Source: an uncultured Gammaproteobacteria bacterium (GTDB lineage Bacteria; Pseudomonadota; Gammaproteobacteria; SZUA-229). Taken from it: a DNA stretch of 64,000 nucleotides. Location of the stretch: the NCBI GenBank assembly GCA_913065105.1, contig CAJXZZ010000001.1, positions 95,198 to 159,197 of the forward strand, given 5' to 3'. Positions within the stretch are counted from its first letter, which is position 1. Each line of letters opens with the position of its first letter. The notes under the pieces are model-generated. The model saw nothing but the letters and a program-made list of their open reading frames with translations. It searched no databases and was not told where the DNA came from. Shown here in pieces: positions 32,322 to 39,132 of this stretch. The position numbers were made by a program, and so were the translations under genes.

Positions 32322-33569
32322 TTAACGCCATTCACTCTCATTCATCCAACACATTAAATCATCACATGGCATGGGTTTCGCCATGTAATAACCCTGGGCA
32401 TAATCACAGTTCATGTTTCGTAATATATCCAGCGTTTTTTCATCCTCAACACCTTCGGCAACAATCTGCAGACCTAATGTGTGTGCCAGATCAACGGCAG
32501 CCTTAACAATGCTTGCATCTTTTTTGTCATTTGCCATATTCATCACAAAAGATTTATCAATTTTAATTTCATCAGCAGGAAGGTTTTTTAAATAGGCCAG
32601 TGAAGAATAACCCGTTCCGAAGTCATCGATAGATACACCAAAACCAAGTTGATGAAACTCATGAAGTATCTCAAGACTTTTTACAGGATTCATCATCATC
32701 GCACCTTCGGTGACTTCCAGCACCAAACTCGACGGTTCAATTGACCAGATTTTTACAGCATTAGCAACGACTTCGACAATACTGCGATTAGTTAACAATG
32801 ATGGTGATAAATTAACCGCCACTGTAAAATCAGGAAGTATTTGCTGGTAGCGAATACATTGCCTTAATGCACCGTTTAATACCCAGTTTGTCACTGGCAT
32901 TAACGAACTGCTACCTTCTAATATGTCGATAAAATATTGCGTATTTACAAAACCAAATTTTTTACTATTCCAACGAATTAATGACTCACCACCATAGACT
33001 TTATTACTCGTTAAATTAATTTTCGGCTGACAGAACAGACTAAATTCATCATCATCCAGCGCAACCTGTATTTCATTTTCCAATATTAGACTAGGGGGTA
33101 AATTATCACTTGAAACCTGATGCAACAGATAATCTTCATTATTTTTCTCAGCATGTTGTAACGCTAAAGTTGCAGCATGTAATAACATATCAAAGGTATC
33201 ACCATGCTCAGGTTTTACCGCAATACCTAAAACTAGTTTGGGTGATATTTTAGAACCGCCGATATCAACAGAATGTTTAAATTCAGAGACGATTTTATTT
33301 GCTGCTAATAATGCGTGAGATGTATTGTTTAACGCTGGTAACAATATGCCATACTCATTATCACCAATTCGACCAACTAGATCATCTGGCCTTATTATTT
33401 GTTGTAATCTTTCTTCGACATACGCAAGAAATGCATCACCTTTTTCAAAGCCATAGGTGGTATTTATTTCTTTAAAGCGGCAAATCTTAACAATTACAAA
33501 AGCAATATTTTTATCACTTTCTAAAATTTTTGATGAGATAGTACTAAAAAAATTTTGACGGGATTCCAT
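32322..33569 (-). CDS. Degenerate-GGDEF + EAL protein, probable c-di-GMP phosphodiesterase
   Basis: RPDDLVGRIGDNEY (GGDEF degenerate, RxxD retained); ESLIRW, DDFGTGYSSL, EIKIDKSF, AEGVE. Confidence 0.88.
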   Translation of the reverse strand: MESRQNFFSTISSKILESDKNIAFVIVKICRFKEINTTYGFEKGDAFLAYVEERLQQIIRPDDLVGRIGDNEYGILLPALNNTSHALLAANKIVSEFKHSVDIGGSKISPKLVLGIAVKPEHGDTFDMLLHAATLALQHAEKNNEDYLLHQVSSDNLPPSLILENEIQVALDDDEFSLFCQPKINLTSNKVYGGESLIRWNSKKFGFVNTQYFIDILEGSSSLMPVTNWVLNGALRQCIRYQQILPDFTVAVNLSPSLLTNRSIVEVVANAVKIWSIEPSSLVLEVTEGAMMMNPVKSLEILHEFHQLGFGVSIDDFGTGYSSLAYLKNLPADEIKIDKSFVMNMANDKKDASIVKAAVDLAHTLGLQIVAEGVEDEKTLDILRNMNCDYAQGYYMAKPMPCDDLMCWMNESEWR

Positions 33570-33599
33570 TTATACACTCTTAGTAAATAATACGCCTGT

Positions 33600-34829
33600 T
33601 TATAGGTAGTATTCAGTAGGGTCAATTCCAAATGCGCCAGGATCCAGTCCGCGAAGAATATTTAATGGGTAACCTTCAGGATCTTCAAACATCTTAGCCA
33701 GATCAATTGTTTTATATTCAGCAAAGTGTGCCTTGTCCTGGTCTAGCAACAACATGATTTTAGGCCGCATTCTCTGCGTTAAATTTTGTGAGAGAACGAT
33801 ACCAATCTCACCGTTAGTCATCTCAACAATTGACCCCGTAGGATAAACACCCATGCATTGTAAAAATTGTTCGACTAGTTCAGGCTGGAATGCACTGCCG
33901 CGCCAATTATAAATATTCTGCAACGCCGCATAAGGTGATTTAGCTGCACTAAACGGCCGCTTACTTGTCATTGCATCATAACAGTCAATAATTGCTGCCA
34001 TGCGACCATAGACAGGGATATGAGCACCCAGCAAGGCGTTTGGATAACCACTGCCATCAAATCGTTCATGATGTGTCAGCGCAATATTTACTATATCTTC
34101 ATTCATGCCTTCCGTTTCTCTTAAAATATCGACACCATGCCTGACATGTTTTTTCACAATCCTATATTCTGTTTCTGTCAGCCTCCCCTTTTTATTTAAA
34201 ATCTGTTCAGGAATTTTAACATTGCCCATATCCATCATTAACAGTCCGATTGCCAATGTCTGCAAATCTTTTTTAGGCAAGCCCATATAGCGTCCAAAAG
34301 CAATCGCTAAGGCACAATTATCAACTGAATGTGAGTAAGTGTAAGCACTCTTTTTCTGCATCATCGAAAGCCAGAGGTAAGCTTCAGAATTCCGGATGAT
34401 ACTGTTTAATATCGGCTGAACAACACCTCTGACTGCTTCGATATTTAAATTCTTACCTTCCTTAACATCATCCATAATGTGAGCCACCTGATTACTCGCG
34501 GCTTCCATCGCGATTTGTGCATCAGGTAGTTCTTCTTTAGTTGTTTTTACATCTTCGTACTCTACTTTTTTCTTGTTGTCCTGTAGAAATCTTTCAAGAT
34601 AAGCGTTCGTTTTTAAACGAGGAGGAGCGTCATCGATATATTCCTCGGCATTGATACCGCGATCTGTATCTATGAATACGTAAGTGCAGTGTCGAGCTAA
34701 AGTGGTGATATCATCTTCAGTTTCTATTACAAAACCTTCTAATAAAAAAGGCGTATCAATCCACGGTCGATCAAGATTTGATACATACATTCCTATTTTC
34801 AAGTAAGAGACGTTTACCTTGAGATCCAT
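33600..34829 (-). CDS. HD-GYP domain protein with DUF3391-like N-terminus
   Basis: LKIGMYVSNLDRPWIDTPFLLEGF; YTYSHSVD, HHERFDGSGYP, IDCYDAMTSKRP; the HD dyad reads MD. Confidence 0.88.
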   Translation of the reverse strand: MDLKVNVSYLKIGMYVSNLDRPWIDTPFLLEGFVIETEDDITTLARHCTYVFIDTDRGINAEEYIDDAPPRLKTNAYLERFLQDNKKKVEYEDVKTTKEELPDAQIAMEAASNQVAHIMDDVKEGKNLNIEAVRGVVQPILNSIIRNSEAYLWLSMMQKKSAYTYSHSVDNCALAIAFGRYMGLPKKDLQTLAIGLLMMDMGNVKIPEQILNKKGRLTETEYRIVKKHVRHGVDILRETEGMNEDIVNIALTHHERFDGSGYPNALLGAHIPVYGRMAAIIDCYDAMTSKRPFSAAKSPYAALQNIYNWRGSAFQPELVEQFLQCMGVYPTGSIVEMTNGEIGIVLSQNLTQRMRPKIMLLLDQDKAHFAEYKTIDLAKMFEDPEGYPLNILRGLDPGAFGIDPTEYYL

Positions 34830-35072
34830 ATTAAATACTGCGCTTTTTTATTAGGTGACAATCAGAAAATAATTCATTCACACAATTATAGTTTAGTAAT
34901 GAGTCCTAATCTCGTCTATCTATAGAATATTTTTAATTACTCTGACAAGTGCCAGATAATTCAAGAAATCACCCATTATCCTTATGTTTTGTATAGGTTT
35001 ATTTCATAAGTAATCTATTTTAAAACATGGTATTATGAGTCCATTATTGTAGTCACCAGGAGGAGAACTTAA

Positions 35073-35450
35073 ATGTCTCAAGTTCAATTTAACACACAAC
35101 TAACTGATCAAATTAATGTTTCTAATGAAGCTGTTAAACAACTGCTTGCCCTTACTGAAAATGAAGATAATGTAAATGGTGTGCGAATCTTTGTTTCAGG
35201 TGGTGGTTGCGGCGGCATGTCATACGGCATGACATTTGTAGACCAGCCTACTCAGTTCGATACAACCCTGGAAAAAGATGGCCTTAAAGTACATATTGAT
35301 GCCGTTGCATTAGGTTTTCTTGAAGGTGTAGAAATTGATTACCAAACTGAAGGCGCAAATGCCAGCTTTGTTTTCAAAAATGTCTTCGCAAACAGCACTA
35401 GTGGCGGCTCGTGTGGCGGTTGCGGCTCGTCTGGTGGCGGTTGCGGTTAA
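35073..35450 (+). CDS. HesB/IscA-family (A-type) Fe-S carrier with Gly/Cys-rich C-terminus
   Basis: VRIFVSGGGCGGMSYGMTF, FLEGVEIDY, FVFKN; tail GGSCGGCGSSGGGCG; RBS AGGAGA. Confidence 0.88.
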   Translation: MSQVQFNTQLTDQINVSNEAVKQLLALTENEDNVNGVRIFVSGGGCGGMSYGMTFVDQPTQFDTTLEKDGLKVHIDAVALGFLEGVEIDYQTEGANASFVFKNVFANSTSGGSCGGCGSSGGGCG

Positions 35451-35495
35451 AAAAGCTTGCTACGTTGTAGCAACACCAGGGGAAAAACCAAACAG

Positions 35496-35528
35496 GGTGA
35501 GTCATAGTAATATGACTCACCTTTTTTT
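35496..35528 (+). terminator. Intrinsic terminator between the iscA-like and ATP-grasp genes
   Basis: GGTGAGTCAT-AGTAAT-ATGACTCACC followed by T7. Confidence 0.75.
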
Positions 35529-35561
35529 ATTTGTAGCTGAATGCTGGGCGACTCACCAAAA

Positions 35562-36809
35562 ATGTCACGTTTAAAAAATAAACGACTATTACTTATATCC
35601 CACCATAATAGTTATCGTATTGCTCCCTACATAAAAGCAGCCAAAAACCTCGGCCTTAGTGTAACCATTGCATCACAGGGTAAACATTCACTTGTTACTG
35701 AAGTGGCCAACGGCATCCATATTAATTTTGATGATGTCGATTCTGCCCTAGATGAAATAGTAAAAGAAAATAACAATACAGCATTTGCCGGCATACTCGG
35801 TAGCGATGACCAGACCGTTGAACTGGCCGCTTATGCGGCTAAAGCGTTAAATTTACCGCATAACCCACCACAGGCGGCTTTGTATTCACATCGAAAGGAT
35901 CTGGCCCGTGCTGAACTGGCTTTGTCTGGCTGCCCGGTGCCCATCCATTGTTTACTGAACCTGCATCAACCTGTGGAAAAGCAAATAGCCGGTCTGCCCT
36001 GGCCCTGTGTTGTAAAACCATTGAATATGTCAGCTAGTCGCGGTGTCATACGAGCAAATAATGAACATGAATTTTTAGCCGCCTGCGAACGTTTACGCCC
36101 TATTCTTGCCACATCACAAGGTGAACTGGAGCAGAGCCATGTTTTAATCGAAGAATATATCCATGGCATTGAAATTGCCTATGAAGGTTTTTTACAAAAT
36201 TCTGTGTTAGAAACAATAACTATTTTCGATAAACCTGATCCGCTCATTGGCCCTTATTTTGCAGAAACCATCTATGTCACCCCTTCAACATTAAGTAAAA
36301 AGCTACAACAATCTATAAAAGAGGTCATACAAAAAGCCTGTACTGTTTATGGTTTAACCACGGGCGCTATTCATGCCGAATGTCGTATTGATAAAAACGA
36401 TAATATATGGATTCTTGAAATAGCCTCACGCACCATCGGCGGTGACTGCGGCCGGATACTGGACAATGAGCAATCTGGTATCGAAGAACTGGCTATTTCA
36501 CTCGCCATCGACCAGCCAGTAAAATTTAACATGCCTGAACAGGCCCGCGGCGTGATGATGATACCGGTTAAAGAGAAGGGATTATTAAAACGTGTTGAAG
36601 GTCTGCTTGAAGCCAATAAAGTAAATCACATCGATAAGATCGATATTATTATCAGCCAGGGCCACGAACTTGTGCCACTGCCGGAAGGCAATCAATATTT
36701 AGGTTATATCTTTGCCAGTGCCGATACGCCTGAGCAGGTAACCTCTGCTATTCGACAGGCTTATGCAAAACTGAAATTTATTGCTGCACCGGTGTTCAAT
36801 ATCGTTTAG
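35562..36809 (+). CDS. ATP-grasp domain protein (amino acid ligase-like, substrate unknown)
   Basis: HRKDLAR, PCVVKPLNMSASRGV, LIEEYIHGIE, IHAECR, WILEIASRTIGG. Start set at 35562. Confidence 0.88.
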   Translation: MSRLKNKRLLLISHHNSYRIAPYIKAAKNLGLSVTIASQGKHSLVTEVANGIHINFDDVDSALDEIVKENNNTAFAGILGSDDQTVELAAYAAKALNLPHNPPQAALYSHRKDLARAELALSGCPVPIHCLLNLHQPVEKQIAGLPWPCVVKPLNMSASRGVIRANNEHEFLAACERLRPILATSQGELEQSHVLIEEYIHGIEIAYEGFLQNSVLETITIFDKPDPLIGPYFAETIYVTPSTLSKKLQQSIKEVIQKACTVYGLTTGAIHAECRIDKNDNIWILEIASRTIGGDCGRILDNEQSGIEELAISLAIDQPVKFNMPEQARGVMMIPVKEKGLLKRVEGLLEANKVNHIDKIDIIISQGHELVPLPEGNQYLGYIFASADTPEQVTSAIRQAYAKLKFIAAPVFNIV

Positions 36810-36847
36810 TCCGCAAATGAATTCGAATGTCTTCATTTGCGGACTAA
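36806..36847. repeat. Perfect 16-bp palindrome (CCGCAAATGAA family) between convergent genes
   Basis: TTAGTCCGCAAATGAA-N10-TTCATTTGCGGACTAA; the left arm contains the ATP-grasp TAG stop. Confidence 0.85.
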
Positions 36848-36854
36848 TTCAGCG

Positions 36855-37145
36855 CTATTTTTTACCGCCACCGCCGCCAGCCTGAAATCCTGCGGGAGCC
36901 TGTCCATGATCACCTTCATTGAAGAAGAATCCAACCATGTGTTTTTCGATTAATTCGATATTTTTTGGGTCTGCAGTATTTAAGCCATTTTCATTGATGA
37001 TAGTAGTCAATCGCTCAAGCCACTGTTTCCAGCCTTCTTTTGATACGTTTTCAAATATACGCACACCCAGATCACCTGGATGTGGTGGTGTATCCATTGC
37101 TTCTGCTTCGATTTTTAAAACCACACACTGAACTGTATTCGCCAT
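36855..37145 (-). CDS. yggX: YggX-family Fe(II)-trafficking/oxidative-damage protection protein (divergent)
   Basis: N-terminal Cys (VQCVVL), HPGDLG.RIFENVSKEGWKQW, IINENGLN, M..FFF. Confidence 0.82.
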   Translation of the reverse strand: MANTVQCVVLKIEAEAMDTPPHPGDLGVRIFENVSKEGWKQWLERLTTIINENGLNTADPKNIELIEKHMVGFFFNEGDHGQAPAGFQAGGGGGKK

Positions 37146-37158
37146 TGTAATCCTCTAA

Positions 37159-38208
37159 CTATTTCTCTTCGTACTTTTTCAACAATACACCTTCATCACC
37201 ACAGCAACTCGCCGCACACTGTTTAATCTGGTGTAATTCTTCTGCCGTGCTATTAAGATAAACCTCGACCGGCTGATTATCGGTTGCACAGTCACATCCT
37301 TTATCATTATACACGTAAACCTTATTTAGCCCTGCACGTTTTGCCTGCGCTTCTGCTTCAAACAACATATGTTCAGGCGTCGCCGGCACATGGCTGAGCT
37401 TATACGCCGGGAAAAAGCGCGTCACATGCCATGGGCTGTCAGCCCCGAGATTATCGCGTATCCAGCAGGCAATCTTATAATGTTCTTCAGGATCGTCATT
37501 TTTACCGGGTATGATATTAGTGCGAGTTTCGACATGGATCCCCAGGTCCTGCGCTTTTTTAATGGACGCCAGAATCTGTTCGACTTTCGCTGGACGACAG
37601 ATCTCCTTATAAAAATCATCAGACATACTCTTAATATCCGAGCATAGAACATCGATCTTACCGGCAATCAGTTCCAGTGCCTCATCAGTAACAAAACTGT
37701 TAGAGACATAAACCGTGTACAAACCCGCCTCATGGGCCAGCTCACAGACATCGAGTACATATTCCAGCCAGACTGCCGGTTCTGAATAGGTGAACGCTAT
37801 GCCCTGAACACCGGCGTTGATGGCCGCATCAACCAGTTTCTGCGGTGGTACCCAGACTTCGGTGGACTGGCCTTTAGCGAGATCATCCAGGGTTTCAACA
37901 CCCCAGGAAATGTCCAGATTGTGACAACCGCCACAGCGAAAACTACAGCCATAGCTGCCGACCGACATAACTTTGGTACCAGGACGATAATGTTTAACCG
38001 GCTTGGATTCTATGTCATCGATATCGATCGCTGAGATAATACCGTAAGAAAGATTATACAAAGTACCGTTACGGTTAACGTGTGCCTGACAGAAACCACG
38101 TTGCCCATGACTGATCTTGCAGCGCCATAAACATAAATTACAGCGGGTGGTGCCGTTTTCAAGTTTTTCCTGCAAACGGGTTTCGACGAGCTGGTACTGT
38201 TCTGACAT
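37159..38208 (-). CDS. Radical SAM enzyme of the AmmeMemoRadiSam/PFL-activase-like type with Cys-rich C-terminal tail
   Basis: N-terminal CNLCLWRC...C; CSFRCGGC; IAFTYSEP, ETRTNIIPG, SPWHVTRFFPAYKL. Confidence 0.85.
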   Translation of the reverse strand: MSEQYQLVETRLQEKLENGTTRCNLCLWRCKISHGQRGFCQAHVNRNGTLYNLSYGIISAIDIDDIESKPVKHYRPGTKVMSVGSYGCSFRCGGCHNLDISWGVETLDDLAKGQSTEVWVPPQKLVDAAINAGVQGIAFTYSEPAVWLEYVLDVCELAHEAGLYTVYVSNSFVTDEALELIAGKIDVLCSDIKSMSDDFYKEICRPAKVEQILASIKKAQDLGIHVETRTNIIPGKNDDPEEHYKIACWIRDNLGADSPWHVTRFFPAYKLSHVPATPEHMLFEAEAQAKRAGLNKVYVYNDKGCDCATDNQPVEVYLNSTAEELHQIKQCAASCCGDEGVLLKKYEEK

Positions 38209-38235
38209 GCTAAGAAAACCGGTAAATGAATTGAG

Positions 38236-39090
38236 TTACAGTTTAGCAGTGTATGTTGCTATTAAAACACCAGCATTGCAGGGTATATAGAGCGTATCAC
38301 CCTTCACCTCAGCGTCAGGCAGGCTATCATTATTATCGTAATCGACGGCTTTATCGAGCAGGTAGTTGTAAGAATCGACCTGGCAGAGGTAACCATGGCC
38401 AAACGCCTCAGTTGCACGCATAAAATTGTAAATATGCTGCGCTGTCCATGAAGGTTCAATAACAAAATCCTGTTTGTCAGGATAAGGATAATAACTTGCC
38501 AGTTCAGGATCCTGCGTTGTCATTACAAGTGAGTCGGCTAATAGATCTGACAGTAACATCAGCATTAACTCTGCGCCCTTTTCTGCCAATTGTTGATTTA
38601 TCTGTGGGTAGCTTAAGCCATCGTCCAGTTTTATGTCTTGCTGCGTTACCACATCACCAGCATCTAAATCATGGACCACCCTGTGCCAGCTCACGCCAAC
38701 ATCACTTGCCTGTTTCATCTGCCAGAATATTGGTTCCGGGCCACGATACCGAGGCAATAATGAGGGATGCATATTAAAACAACCTTTAGTGGCGAGTTTT
38801 ATCACTTCATCTGGTAGACGTTTGCTGTAGCAGGACATCAGAATGACATCGATAACGATATCTTTGCACTGCTCAAGAATATTATTAATGGGTCTGGATA
38901 AATCAATCAGCGGGATATTTAGCTGACTAGCCGACAGAGCCAGCGATTCATTCTCTAGAGCAATAATTTTACTAGTAAATTTTATCGGGTTGAACACCCC
39001 GACAGCTGTTATTGAATGTTTCGAAGCTAAGAGTGTTCGGAAGGGATTTAATGACAACGCGCCTGAAGAACCAATGTACAGGATGTTCAT
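38236..39090 (-). CDS. Formyltransferase (Fmt-like paralogue, 10-formyl-THF dependent)
   Basis: CFNMHPSLLPRYRGPEPIFW and LDAGD motifs; not adjacent to def. Confidence 0.82.
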   Translation of the reverse strand: MNILYIGSSGALSLNPFRTLLASKHSITAVGVFNPIKFTSKIIALENESLALSASQLNIPLIDLSRPINNILEQCKDIVIDVILMSCYSKRLPDEVIKLATKGCFNMHPSLLPRYRGPEPIFWQMKQASDVGVSWHRVVHDLDAGDVVTQQDIKLDDGLSYPQINQQLAEKGAELMLMLLSDLLADSLVMTTQDPELASYYPYPDKQDFVIEPSWTAQHIYNFMRATEAFGHGYLCQVDSYNYLLDKAVDYDNNDSLPDAEVKGDTLYIPCNAGVLIATYTAKL

Positions 39091-39132
39091 CAGACACGTT
39101 TCACTATAAATTTTACAACAATTATCTTTAGG

